Shown here piece after piece: positions 9,788 to 19,366 of a DNA stretch of 64,000 nucleotides. The notes under the pieces were generated by a model. That model made no database searches. It worked only from the letters and a program-made list of their open reading frames with translations, and was not told the origin of the DNA. Position 1 is the stretch's first letter, and each line of letters starts with the position of its first letter. Made by a program: the position numbers and the translations under genes. This DNA is from an uncultured Ruficoccus sp. (GTDB taxonomy: Bacteria > Verrucomicrobiota > Verrucomicrobiia > Opitutales > Cerasicoccaceae): NCBI GenBank assembly GCA_965140785.1, contig OZ223521.1, forward strand, positions 64,001-128,000, written 5' to 3'.

Positions 9788-10903
9788 ATGTCCCAGCCCC
9801 TCGACTCTTCCGAACTCGGCCACCCCTTTCGCAACAAAAGACGGCGCAAGGTGCTCTTGATCGTGGTCGTCGCCAGTGTCACCGTGCACGTGCTCGGCCT
9901 CCTTGTTTTCGGCGTGATCACGATCGTGGAAACGATCAGCAAGCCGCCCCCGGAGTTCGAGTCCGTGGTGGAAGTCGTGGAGGAGGCACCGCCCCCGCCG
10001 CCTCCGCCGCCCACGCAGCGCACGACCCAGCGCAGCATGCCCAGGCCGCAGCCGATGGCGGTCCAGAACGCGCTCAACCTGAGCATCCCCGCCATTGAGA
10101 TCGACACGGCAAACATGGTCATGGGACTGACCGGGCACGGCTCAGGCGGCGGCTTTGGCAGCATGGACAGCGGCGCGCTGGAATCGATCCGGCTGACGGC
10201 ATTCGGGTTCGACCAGTACATCGCGGGCACCCTGGAGGGGAATCTCTACGACCTTAAGCAGGCCCCGGACGGAAGCCCCATCGATCAGAGCAAGGACGAG
10301 GTCGTCGATATCCTCAAGCAGTTCACGCGCTCGTCGTGGTCCACCGCTTCCTTTGACAAGAAATACTTCCGCGCCGACAAATCGCTCTATTCGGCCTACT
10401 TCATCATCCCCTACATGGATGCGGCGATGGCGCCCGACGCGTTCGGGGCTGCCGACCAGATCGAGCCCAAAATGATTGCCGCGGTCTATCGGGGGACGTT
10501 CATCCCGCAGAAGTCCGGCAAGTTCCGCTTTTACGGACGCGGGGACGATGTGCTGGTGGTCCGGCTTAACAACCACATTGTGCTCGATGCCTCGTGGGAC
10601 CTTGGAAAGTACTCCGAGTGGAAGTCTTCCGCGCCCAAAGGCGAGAACGAAGGCAAGCCGCAGTTCGGCTTCCGCGAAGGCCATCCGGGCATCTACGGAG
10701 ACTGGTTTACGCTGCGCGAGGGGCAGGAGGTGAGCCTTGAAGTCCTTCTAAGTGAGGTGCCCGGCGGTCGTTTCGGCGCCTGGTTGCTGCTGGACGAAAA
10801 AGGCAGTGAAGAGAAGCCTACGATCTTTACCACCCGCCCGCTCAGTGACCAGGACCGCGAACACCTGAGCGGCATCCACCCCGACGCCCAGAAGTTTCTT
10901 TGA
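9788..10903 (+). CDS. TonB/TolA-like membrane-anchored proline-rich protein with a PA14-like C-terminal domain
   Basis: Basic N-terminus, then a TM helix with S-x3-H (ASVTVHVLG), then EEAPPPPPPPPTQ. C-terminal G-TFIP-KSGKFRFYGRGDDVLVVRLNNHIVLD is PA14-like. ATG 9788. Confidence 0.65.
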   Translation: MSQPLDSSELGHPFRNKRRRKVLLIVVVASVTVHVLGLLVFGVITIVETISKPPPEFESVVEVVEEAPPPPPPPPTQRTTQRSMPRPQPMAVQNALNLSIPAIEIDTANMVMGLTGHGSGGGFGSMDSGALESIRLTAFGFDQYIAGTLEGNLYDLKQAPDGSPIDQSKDEVVDILKQFTRSSWSTASFDKKYFRADKSLYSAYFIIPYMDAAMAPDAFGAADQIEPKMIAAVYRGTFIPQKSGKFRFYGRGDDVLVVRLNNHIVLDASWDLGKYSEWKSSAPKGENEGKPQFGFREGHPGIYGDWFTLREGQEVSLEVLLSEVPGGRFGAWLLLDEKGSEEKPTIFTTRPLSDQDREHLSGIHPDAQKFL

Positions 10904-11188
10904 GCCGGTGTCTCTCTCGCGACGACTAATAGATGGTGATGCTGGGGTTGCAAGCGAGAGCCCCTTCGGAGGAATTTACGCAGTTCGGAGACCCTTACCG
11001 TTTTCGGGTTGGGACTCGAGGTTTCTGGCGAAAAAAGGGTGATATGATTGATTAAGGCCAGCTTTTCTACGATCCTCCAAGATGCTTTCAATCCGTATGA
11101 TTGTGCTGCTGATTGAAAAGATGAAGGGTGCATGGACAGAATAAATCAAAGGCACTTGGTGTGGCGATTATATCAGCAATGACAGCGA

Positions 11189-11902
11189 TCAAGGTCCCGG
11201 CGCTGGCTCCATCACATTGCGTATGCTCAGTCCCTTGGGGTTCGGAAACTCGATGGACGCCTCTTCGTCGATGATGACAATTGTCGAACGCATGTCTGAC
11301 AGCGTGACCAGCGGCTTGCTGACAGATAGTTTCCACTCGCCGTCCTTTTCCGATGCGACCTGCAGCCAAGTCTGGTTCTGGCCGGAATAGCGGTAGAGCG
11401 CGGATTGCCGCGGGACGATTTCGAGAACCTCATTCCCGACTTTTGCGGCGATGGGCTGACGGGTAAAATTAAAAACTCTCATTGTTCCTATCGGATGCTC
11501 CGTCCAGTTATCGGAAACCGCCCACACCTCTACGGGGCGGGATGAGATGGTCGTTTCCTTCAGAAAGATGAGATAGGGGCCCTTGTCGGGCAGACCGACT
11601 TTAGCCAACGGCAATTGTTTCGGTGCGCTGTCCACGCCATTTTCGGCGGGAACAAGGCGGTAGAAGGTAACGGGTTGCCCCGCTACGAGAGGATACGATT
11701 TGGACAAGGCAGAAACGCCGACCGTAAGCTCGACCGGCTCACCGAGATGATCATAGTACAGATTTTTCAGCCCCCCGCCCAGAGACAGTGCGCGAAAAGC
11801 GGACAGTTCCTTTGGCTGCCCATGCGCGACGAGACAGGATAGAGACAGGCAGGCGCATGCCCACCCAAGACTGATACTCAAATTTCGCTGGAAGAAAGCC
11901 AT
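11189..11902 (-). CDS. Exported beta-rich hypothetical protein coupled to the PilX-like gene
   Basis: ATG 11902 (MAFFQRN...CLVAHG signal-like) overlaps the 3' end of 11878..15369. Contains MRVFNFTRQPIAAKVG. Confidence 0.65.
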   Translation of the reverse strand: MAFFQRNLSISLGWACACLSLSCLVAHGQPKELSAFRALSLGGGLKNLYYDHLGEPVELTVGVSALSKSYPLVAGQPVTFYRLVPAENGVDSAPKQLPLAKVGLPDKGPYLIFLKETTISSRPVEVWAVSDNWTEHPIGTMRVFNFTRQPIAAKVGNEVLEIVPRQSALYRYSGQNQTWLQVASEKDGEWKLSVSKPLVTLSDMRSTIVIIDEEASIEFPNPKGLSIRNVMEPAPGP

Positions 11903-14900
11903 TTGAAAGCAACAATTTTGAATTTCCGGCCAAACGCCCGGTTGATCGCGTTCAGGTCCTCGGGCAGATCGTCGGGCTCGTTTGCAGGGTCGAGATAATC
12001 GACCTGACGCTGCACAACCGCTTCGCACCAGGCCCGCGCTATCGTCACGCCGCTAAGGGGGTCCATCACTTCTCCGAAACAGCGAATACGGAACGTATCG
12101 GAGCGCGCGCTCAAGTTCGCGCCAATTGCGGAGAGGACATCCGCCTGGGTGAGATACTGAGGTGCAAAGGCGGAAAGGGAACCAGCCGCATTGTCAGCCG
12201 AATCCGGCCCCGCGTAGCCGCGCATCAGCTCAAGGTCGGAATCGTTCCCTGCGTAGTGGGGCATCGGGTCGCAATGGAAGGGATTGCTGATGGCGTTTCC
12301 AAACGCATTCGCCGATCCGTCATTCACGGCGGCCGAACCGCTGTGGGTGGAGTCGATGGCGGCTTGGATCGTCCCTTTGAAGCGCTCATCTTGCGCCGTC
12401 TGGGGATTGTCCACGAGGCGGCGGTTGATGAAGTCGCCCAAGGACACAAACGGGCCGCGGGCGCGGATCTCCGTCACGATGTTTGCGGCCAGTTGAGCGA
12501 TCTGTTCTTCACTTAATTGACGGAACCCCTGCCAGGCCCAGGCCTGGGTGTCGTCCACGGGAGGATTTTGGGTTGGTTTGCTGAATCGGGACAGGGCGGA
12601 CTGAAGGGAGGTCCCCGATGCAGCCCCAGTAACCGGGTTATAGGACAGTTGATTGCATCCGCCCAGGACCGCGCGCCAGGCTTGTTCAGAGGTCGAGTTG
12701 ACGTTGAATCCTCCGCGCAGCGCGAGCCCAGCCGCCGCCCTGTTCGCATCGCGCAAGACTTCGTCGTCAGCGTTCGCATTCTTCTCCAGGCGGGGATTGG
12801 GCAGGGGGGTGGGGATGGGGCTGCCGTTCGTATCGGTCGTCGTTCCGGTGCCTTGATGTGGGATGGTGGAAACGAAGTAATGATCCCACAGCGCCCGATT
12901 GAGCAGCCAGGAGACATCGTAGTAGTAGCCGATCTGATTCGATGGGTCCGAGCCCAGGGCCAGTTGCTTCGCCAAGTCACCCCGTCGGTTGAGGAAATGG
13001 AAGTCGCCCAGACTATTCCCAATCGGATAGGCCGGATAATCGTTGAGCCTTGATAAGTTCGCATGCTGAAGCTGGCCCAGGCTCAGTAGCGGCTGGTCGG
13101 AGGGGCGAAATTCAAACAGCGTGGCATTCACGATGCCACCGGACGAATCCAGGCCCGTTCCGCTGGAGGCTCGGAGCCCACTGGTTTCCGCATTGAAATC
13201 AGGATCCCGATGGTCCATCCCGCCGCGGGCAGTGAGGTTAGAGGGGCTGTGGTTGGTGTTGATACGTGTGGCGTAAAGGGCCCGGGGATTGCCTTGCGCA
13301 AGCCAGCGCACATCCGGGTAGTCATCCGAGTTCATGCCCTTGGAGAAATTCCTCTGGATCATGATCGCCGACGTGGGTCCGGTCACGAAACTTAACTGCG
13401 CGGGCATTTGGAGAAACTCGTTGCGAAGCTTGCCACCCACAGAGACCAGATTCGTGCCGCCGTCCTGGGCAGGCGTGGCCTGTGAAACTGCCTGATACCA
13501 GTGCTTGTCGTTATCGTCGCTGGTTATGTACCCGCGGCGAACATAATCGGCGACCTCGCCCAGATAAGCGTAAAGCTCGCCGCCCGACATGTTCGGCTCG
13601 GTCAATGGCGGCAGCCAATAAGCAGGACTGACCCGGAAGAAGTTGTCGGACTCCCCGGCGCCGATCACCGTCTGGTTCACACCGAAGTCCAGCAGGACAT
13701 GCCCATACGCGTTCAGGCCGTGGGTCAAAACATTCTGCGGCTCGCCGTCCTCGGGCGCACGATAGCTGACCCCGCTTTCGGCCCCCTGCAAGCTGAAGAT
13801 CAGACTCGCTCCCGGCGGAATGATCGGGGAGTCCACGATGAAGCGCACATAACTGTCACTTTTTCCATCTCCGTACTGATGAGCCCCCCGGGAGAAATCG
13901 ACCGTCTCCTTGGCGGACCACTGGCCGGTGTCATCCTGGACCTGCAACTGAAAACCGCCGCGATAGCGCTGCATGATCCCCACCTCATAGCGGTTCGCGG
14001 TAAGGGGAACCGTGTAGGGATTCCAGAGGATGACCACCGGAAACATGGCCAGCCGGATCGGGGCGCCGTCATAGGCCCCATGCGGGGCCGCATACTGCAG
14101 GCCAAGATAAAGGCAAGTCATGACCGGAGCGATGCCGGTATCCGTCGAGGTAGGCAGACGGGGACTCAGGCTGCCCGCCGGCGCGGTCGTCCGCGCGAAT
14201 GCCCGCAGCGCCCCCCAGGTCGGAACGCCGAAACGGTCACGGTCCGTGGTGCCCTCAGGTTCGAATAACGTCTCCGTGTCAAGCGGGTGGGTCGAGCCGG
14301 TGGCCAGGATCGCGGAAAGATCTTGTTTGAGCCCGCCGGCATAGGTATCCGAAAGCACAGAATAGGAACTGGCGGTCAAGTCATGGAAACGCCATTTGAG
14401 TGTCTCCCGCATGGCCGCGCCATCATCCGCCAGTATCGACATGGCGCTCAAATGGGACACCTCATCGAGAGCGCCGATTTGAGGATCATAATTCGCCCCG
14501 ATCAACCCGCCTGGAGAAAAGGCGTTTGTCGCTCCCCGGTTGACCAGTTCCACCGCATTACGGCGGGCCAGGACGAAAGCCTCGGGAAGCTCTCCGGTCG
14601 GAGCCATCGGGAGGGTGACGTTCGCCTTGGCCCCTTCGTCACCGATCCACCAGGCGTAGCGTCCCACGAAGCCATCCTGCCCGTCGCCCGGGATCGCCAC
14701 CAGCGGCGCCGCCACGTAGTCGATGGCTGATGCGGCGGAATGCTCCGCCACCAGCAGCACCTGGCTATCGTCCGCGGCTGGTTGGACGGACGCCTGTGCG
14801 AGATCAACCGGGCTGGTCGGAGTGAAACGCCAACCGTGGGGCGCGTTGCGGATGTGCCCGTCGTTGTCCACATCGTCGGCTGGAGTGAAGGAGACGTCCT

Positions 14901-15369
14901 CATTTCCGCTGACCAGCCAGGTGAGGAGGACCGCCTGCGAGCCCCTGGCATCCGAATGGGCGGTCACGTCTCCGGCCAGGGAAACTGGGGTCTGGCCGTA
15001 GTCGACCGGGGCGCCATTGCCGTACACCCCGATCCAGTGTCCGTTCGCGCTGGTGCTATCCACCAGGGCCGGGTCCATGTCCGCCCGCGCTGTGGTTCGC
15101 TGATCGGGGCCGGCGTATTTTTGTAATTGCCCGAGGGCGATATTCAAGGCCATGAGCGCGTTCTGGCGGGCCGTCACGGTTTGCGTGCTGGTTGAGAACA
15201 CCCGGGTCTCAATCTGGGTCATGCTGGACAGCGTCAGCAACAGGGTCAGAAGAAAAGCCATCAGGACGATGGCTATGACCAGTGCGAAGCCCCCCCGGCT
15301 GCGTATGCGGAGGGAATCTGCATGCACCGCCGGAGCAGCGGATGGGCGGGAGTCATTGAGGGGTATCAT
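11878..15369 (-). CDS. Verru_Chthon cassette protein A-like / PilX-like large prepilin-type protein, copy 2 (complete, 1163 aa)
   Basis: RGG|FALVIAIVLM class III-like signal with no E5. Motifs: LGQLQKYAGPDQR, YAWWIGDEGAKA, GGLKQDLS, LSLGQLQHA, FNVNSTSEQAWRA, RGPFVSLGDFINRRL, SARSDTFRIR, FGRKFKIVAFKWL. Confidence 0.85.
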   Translation of the reverse strand: MIPLNDSRPSAAPAVHADSLRIRSRGGFALVIAIVLMAFLLTLLLTLSSMTQIETRVFSTSTQTVTARQNALMALNIALGQLQKYAGPDQRTTARADMDPALVDSTSANGHWIGVYGNGAPVDYGQTPVSLAGDVTAHSDARGSQAVLLTWLVSGNEDVSFTPADDVDNDGHIRNAPHGWRFTPTSPVDLAQASVQPAADDSQVLLVAEHSAASAIDYVAAPLVAIPGDGQDGFVGRYAWWIGDEGAKANVTLPMAPTGELPEAFVLARRNAVELVNRGATNAFSPGGLIGANYDPQIGALDEVSHLSAMSILADDGAAMRETLKWRFHDLTASSYSVLSDTYAGGLKQDLSAILATGSTHPLDTETLFEPEGTTDRDRFGVPTWGALRAFARTTAPAGSLSPRLPTSTDTGIAPVMTCLYLGLQYAAPHGAYDGAPIRLAMFPVVILWNPYTVPLTANRYEVGIMQRYRGGFQLQVQDDTGQWSAKETVDFSRGAHQYGDGKSDSYVRFIVDSPIIPPGASLIFSLQGAESGVSYRAPEDGEPQNVLTHGLNAYGHVLLDFGVNQTVIGAGESDNFFRVSPAYWLPPLTEPNMSGGELYAYLGEVADYVRRGYITSDDNDKHWYQAVSQATPAQDGGTNLVSVGGKLRNEFLQMPAQLSFVTGPTSAIMIQRNFSKGMNSDDYPDVRWLAQGNPRALYATRINTNHSPSNLTARGGMDHRDPDFNAETSGLRASSGTGLDSSGGIVNATLFEFRPSDQPLLSLGQLQHANLSRLNDYPAYPIGNSLGDFHFLNRRGDLAKQLALGSDPSNQIGYYYDVSWLLNRALWDHYFVSTIPHQGTGTTTDTNGSPIPTPLPNPRLEKNANADDEVLRDANRAAAGLALRGGFNVNSTSEQAWRAVLGGCNQLSYNPVTGAASGTSLQSALSRFSKPTQNPPVDDTQAWAWQGFRQLSEEQIAQLAANIVTEIRARGPFVSLGDFINRRLVDNPQTAQDERFKGTIQAAIDSTHSGSAAVNDGSANAFGNAISNPFHCDPMPHYAGNDSDLELMRGYAGPDSADNAAGSLSAFAPQYLTQADVLSAIGANLSARSDTFRIRCFGEVMDPLSGVTIARAWCEAVVQRQVDYLDPANEPDDLPEDLNAINRAFGRKFKIVAFKWLSSSEI

Positions 15370-15551
15370 AATAAAGCGGATGGGGTATTATCTCGGCGGG
15401 GGGCTATCGCCAGGTCGGTGAGAAATGCCGACATCCGGGGCTGTCGCCATTCTCTTCGCTGATTGGCAGGGGGACACCCTCCAGCCGAGCGGCATGGAAG
15501 GCTACTGTCAGCCGAAAATGTACAGGTGTCTTCATCTTGTCATTGAGTGGG

Positions 15552-16535
15552 TTACCAGCCTTTTTGGCAGGCCATGACCAGCTCACGCATAGAGCCGGTC
15601 GCCAAGCATATTTTATCATCGGTGGCGCCATAGTAGAGGCTTAATCGGTCTTCGTCCCAGTCACCGATCGCTCCGCAGGGGAAGACCACATTATCGCAGT
15701 TGCCATTGCGTTCATAGGGTTCCTTCGGGGCCAAGATCCAACTGTTCGTTTTTCCGATGATCTTCCATGGCTCCTCCAGGTCCAGCAGCAAGGCGCCGAT
15801 GTAATAATAGGTGCCCCCGGCAGGCGTGAAGACGCCGTGTATGATTTCGAGCCAGCCTTCGGGGGTCCAGATCGGCGGCGTCGGGCCGACTTTCTGGGTA
15901 TTCCAATAGCGGTATCCGGCAGCCAGCAACGGCTGAAAGTTCCCCCAGTGGATCAGGTCCGGCGACGAGCTGATCCAGATATCGCCCGTGCTGCCATCCC
16001 CGCCGCCAGGGCGGTCGAGTTTCCAGTACTTCCCGTTGATCTTCGCCGGGAACAGGGAAGCCCCCCGGTTCATCGGCTGCGTGATGATGGCGATGCGCTC
16101 GTAATCAGTGAAATCGCTCGTCCGCCCAAGCATGCCGACCGGTGAGGCGAACCCGCGCACCATCACCGGCGTCACCACATAGTACACGTCATCGATGCGT
16201 GTCACCCGGTTGTCGATGAAATGATGATACAAGTCCCAGGGCCATCCCGTCGCCTGCGGATCGATGAAGTTCTCGGTCCCAAGCTCGAAATGGATGCCAT
16301 CGTGGCTGCGGGCAATGCGGGTCTGCCCCACGTCACGCCCATACCCCCGGGTGGCGGCGTGCTCGACCACGGAAACGAGCAGGATCGTTTCATCGCCGAA
16401 CCGGACTGGCGAGGGGTTGTAGAGTTGAGCCACGCCGGGGTAGTCTTCCAGGCGCAGCACAGGATTGTCGCTGTGGCGTTTGAGGATGCCCGTCGCATCG
16501 CGTTTCGTCGAATAGGATGAATGTTGATTAATCAT
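15552..16535 (-). CDS. GH130-family glycosidase/glycoside phosphorylase
   Basis: LKRHSDNPVL; ASLFPAKINGKYWKLDRP; IWISSSPDLIHW; KVGPTPPI; PKEPYERNGNCDNVVFPCG; LYYGATD. Confidence 0.85.
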   Translation of the reverse strand: MINQHSSYSTKRDATGILKRHSDNPVLRLEDYPGVAQLYNPSPVRFGDETILLVSVVEHAATRGYGRDVGQTRIARSHDGIHFELGTENFIDPQATGWPWDLYHHFIDNRVTRIDDVYYVVTPVMVRGFASPVGMLGRTSDFTDYERIAIITQPMNRGASLFPAKINGKYWKLDRPGGGDGSTGDIWISSSPDLIHWGNFQPLLAAGYRYWNTQKVGPTPPIWTPEGWLEIIHGVFTPAGGTYYYIGALLLDLEEPWKIIGKTNSWILAPKEPYERNGNCDNVVFPCGAIGDWDEDRLSLYYGATDDKICLATGSMRELVMACQKGW

Positions 16536-16572
16536 AGCGAGTGTCGGAGGGAAAGAAGGTAGCGTCGAAGGA

Positions 16573-18531
16573 TCAGGGAGTCTGTACCGGATATCCCCAG
16601 TCCCCCAGTGGAATGACCGGCCATGAGGTCACTTCGCCTTGCGGCCACACCGGGGAGAATAGGACGGCGATGCGAACCGGGCCCGCCGGTTGATCCGGCA
16701 GGCGGAGCATGACGCGCCGCCAGCCATTGTTGGGCAACTGGGGCGGCAGTTGCTCGGCAGACTCCACGCTGAAAGTGGCCCCGCTCGGAGACAGTACGTG
16801 CAGATTCAGTTGCTTGCCATTCTTGGTCAGGGTAGCCGCTGCTCCGTTCGGGGTGACCGCGGCGCTGGTTGTGAATCCCCAGGCGATATCCGCCGTGCCC
16901 GCCAGCTCGATTTCGTCCTGAACGAGCGCGGCCTGCCGGCTCGCGACCAGCGCGGCTCCCCGGCGAAGAGACGTCACCGGCTGCCCATAGGCGTTCGACA
17001 AGTCGATTTCGACGAAGGGCATCGTGTTTTGCCCGGAATCTGCGCCCGATTGGAAACGTGTGACGGAAGCCCTCCCCGTGGTCTCCTGGTTTTGCGCGTT
17101 GAAGGTGGGGACGTTGTGGCTGAACGAATTGGTCCGATAGTATTCCCAGCGCTGGCCGGAACGGCTGTCGAAGTACCCCGGCAGGTTGTAGCGATCGGAC
17201 CCCAGATCGCTGACCCACCGGACTCCAAGCGCGTCGAGTTCGAAGTTGCCCAGGTCGAGGTGGCCGTGATTCACTTCGTTGTAGCCGGCCTTGATTCCGA
17301 CAAAGAGGGCCGCAGGGTCCTCCCAGGCGCTTCTCATGAACACCAACTCAACAGGCCCGCGGTAATATTTGTCGAGCGCAGGCGTCTCCGACCCTGGCTG
17401 ATTTGACGAGGCATACCAGATGACATCCTCCGGGGCGACCCATTGGCTCGTCTCAATCAAGTGATGCTGAAAGTTGACGGCAAATGCACTGTTATAAGTC
17501 CGGCCCAGCCAGAATAAGGCCGCCGCGGGCTCCAGTACTTTCCCCGCCCAGCAGTCCGCATAAGCCATCGGAAGGTTCGTCGGCCCGGTACTGTAAACGG
17601 GGAACATGGCGGTTTCGGCGAGGCCCTCGGTGTCCTCCAGTCCTTCATCGGTGCCCTTGGCGCTCTCCAGGGCGGCCAAGGCATAGCAGACGTAACTGGT
17701 GGCATACTTCCAGTACCCCGGTCCCTCTCCCCATGCGCCATCCGGTCCGTATTGGCTGAGCGCCCGGGGCATAGACGCGATAGCGCGCGGCACGATCACT
17801 GCCTCATACTGAGGCGCATCGTCGCTGACCGCGAGCGCTCCGAGGATCATCCCGGTGTTGCATACCAGGTTCCAATTATGATTCGCCCCGACCCACCAGC
17901 CGTAGGTCGAATTTCCCGAATAGGCCTCAACTCCGGGCTCCAAGCCCTTCGTGATAAGCGCCTCGCGTATCACCTCGGCCTCATCCAGATCCAAATCAAA
18001 GTAGGTCCAGTCATAGCCGATCGCGACCGCGTGCGTCATCTCCGCCGTGTCGAGAAAGTGGGAAGGGTTCCAATCGGGGAAGTTGCAGACGGCAAGGAGA
18101 TTGTCGCGCAGGGCCTCGTAATAATCGCGCCGTCCGCTCCAGCGATAGGCTAGGCCGAGCGTATAGACCCGTTTCAGGCATTCTCGGCTGACCTCCAGTA
18201 TACTGTCGCGGTCCCCGCTGTCATAGTAGAGCGCGGGGGCTGACAGCAGCGCGTCGGCCTGGCGCAGGCAGTCTTCCACGTACTGTTCCAGGAGGGGATC
18301 GGACTGGGCCTGCGCCCAGAGTTCGTCGAGACGCTCATCCGTCAGGATGAGCCACGGGTGAAAAGCCGCCGCTGCGGACTGGCTCGCTTCTGTCCCGGCG
18401 GTTGGCACCGGTGCCGTGTCCGTGGCGGACGTGCCGTCGGGGGCAGCCTGAAGCGCCGGAATGGATAGGGGTGTCAGCAGGATCAGCCCGAGGGAAAGAA
18501 GGCTGAGTGGTTGGATAGGAGTAGTTTTCAT
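16573..18531 (-). CDS. Heparinase II/III-family secreted polysaccharide lyase
   Basis: Signal peptide from ATG 18531. WNPSHFLDTAEM; NHNWNLVC; DGAWGEGPGYW; NHGHLDLGNFELDALGVRW; SHN. Confidence 0.85.
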   Translation of the reverse strand: MKTTPIQPLSLLSLGLILLTPLSIPALQAAPDGTSATDTAPVPTAGTEASQSAAAAFHPWLILTDERLDELWAQAQSDPLLEQYVEDCLRQADALLSAPALYYDSGDRDSILEVSRECLKRVYTLGLAYRWSGRRDYYEALRDNLLAVCNFPDWNPSHFLDTAEMTHAVAIGYDWTYFDLDLDEAEVIREALITKGLEPGVEAYSGNSTYGWWVGANHNWNLVCNTGMILGALAVSDDAPQYEAVIVPRAIASMPRALSQYGPDGAWGEGPGYWKYATSYVCYALAALESAKGTDEGLEDTEGLAETAMFPVYSTGPTNLPMAYADCWAGKVLEPAAALFWLGRTYNSAFAVNFQHHLIETSQWVAPEDVIWYASSNQPGSETPALDKYYRGPVELVFMRSAWEDPAALFVGIKAGYNEVNHGHLDLGNFELDALGVRWVSDLGSDRYNLPGYFDSRSGQRWEYYRTNSFSHNVPTFNAQNQETTGRASVTRFQSGADSGQNTMPFVEIDLSNAYGQPVTSLRRGAALVASRQAALVQDEIELAGTADIAWGFTTSAAVTPNGAAATLTKNGKQLNLHVLSPSGATFSVESAEQLPPQLPNNGWRRVMLRLPDQPAGPVRIAVLFSPVWPQGEVTSWPVIPLGDWGYPVQTP

Positions 18532-18542
18532 GTGAGGTAAAT

Positions 18543-19328
18543 TCAGCGTTTGCCCACGGCGATATGGTGGGCAGTGAGATAGTCGTAGCTGTCTTGGATC
18601 GCCCCCCAGATGTTGCCGTCGTAGTCGTCCAGTTCCACCCCGACATATTCGGCCGCCACGGCCGCTTCGGCGGCGGCAAGCAGATCCACCTCTCCGGCTC
18701 CCGCCGCCTGGTAGGGGATCATCACGGAGGGTGCGTCGACCAGGCCGTCCTTGAAGTGGAGCACCCGCCCGCGCGATCCGATGTCCCGCACGAACTCGAC
18801 GGGGTCCAGTCCCGCTTTGGCGACCCAGAACAGGTCTGCTTCCCACAGGACGTTCTCAGGCGTCAATTCCAGGAAATATTGATAAGACGGTCGCCCATCA
18901 ATCATGCCCAGATCTTTCGCATGGTTGTGGTAACCGACCATCAGGCCGTGGGCGTGCGCGTTAGCCGCCGCCTGACAGTAAAGCTCTGCCGCCGCCTTGA
19001 GGCCGTCCATCTGGCTGAAGTTGGGGATGCCGTAGGGGGGCACCGCTGTGATCAGATATTTATGGCCCAGTTCAAGCGCAGTTTCAATCACTTCGTTCGT
19101 GCGTTCTCCGACGGGGAGCGGGCAGTGGGCAGTGGGCGCGAGCAGTCCGTAGCGGTTCAATATTTCCGCTGTCCGCGTCGGGGTCGATCCCGGAAACCCA
19201 GCCGGCTCCACACAGGGAAACCCGATCTGAGACAGTGTCCGGATCGTCCCTTCGAAGTCCATGCGCAGCTGTGTGCGTAGCGTGTACAGCTGGATCGTTA
19301 ATACCGGTATTTGGCGCTCAGTCAGCAT
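18543..19328 (-). CDS. Sugar phosphate isomerase/epimerase (xylose isomerase-like TIM barrel)
   Basis: IQLYTLR; GYHNH; EADLFWV; LHFKDG; VELD. Confidence 0.88.
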   Translation of the reverse strand: MLTERQIPVLTIQLYTLRTQLRMDFEGTIRTLSQIGFPCVEPAGFPGSTPTRTAEILNRYGLLAPTAHCPLPVGERTNEVIETALELGHKYLITAVPPYGIPNFSQMDGLKAAAELYCQAAANAHAHGLMVGYHNHAKDLGMIDGRPSYQYFLELTPENVLWEADLFWVAKAGLDPVEFVRDIGSRGRVLHFKDGLVDAPSVMIPYQAAGAGEVDLLAAAEAAVAAEYVGVELDDYDGNIWGAIQDSYDYLTAHHIAVGKR

Positions 19329-19366
19329 ATATCAAAATGACATCTGGCATTAAAGTTATCGGGGGC

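Noticed and set aside
9988..10012. CCG-rich low-complexity tract
   Set aside because: Encodes the polyproline linker of the TonB-like protein; not an independent repeat element.
8103..10903. Calling the cluster Tol-Pal or flagellar MotAB
   Set aside because: No tolB/pal or OmpA-like peptidoglycan-binding domain is visible; two ExbD-type genes are present.
10904..11188. 285-bp gap between convergent operons as a possible ncRNA
   Set aside because: No convincing stem, terminator or known RNA motif found by eye.
15400..15449. Direct repeat GGGGCTRTCGCCA (two copies, 37-bp period) around a small hairpin
   Set aside because: Only two short copies and no cas genes; not a CRISPR array and could be chance.
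18532..18846. N-terminal extension of the heparinase ORF
   Set aside because: Overlaps the isomerase gene; the signal peptide begins at ATG 18531.
19301..19310. ATACCGGTAT palindrome resembling the 44539 boxes
   Set aside because: Lies inside a coding sequence in mid-operon; likely coincidental.
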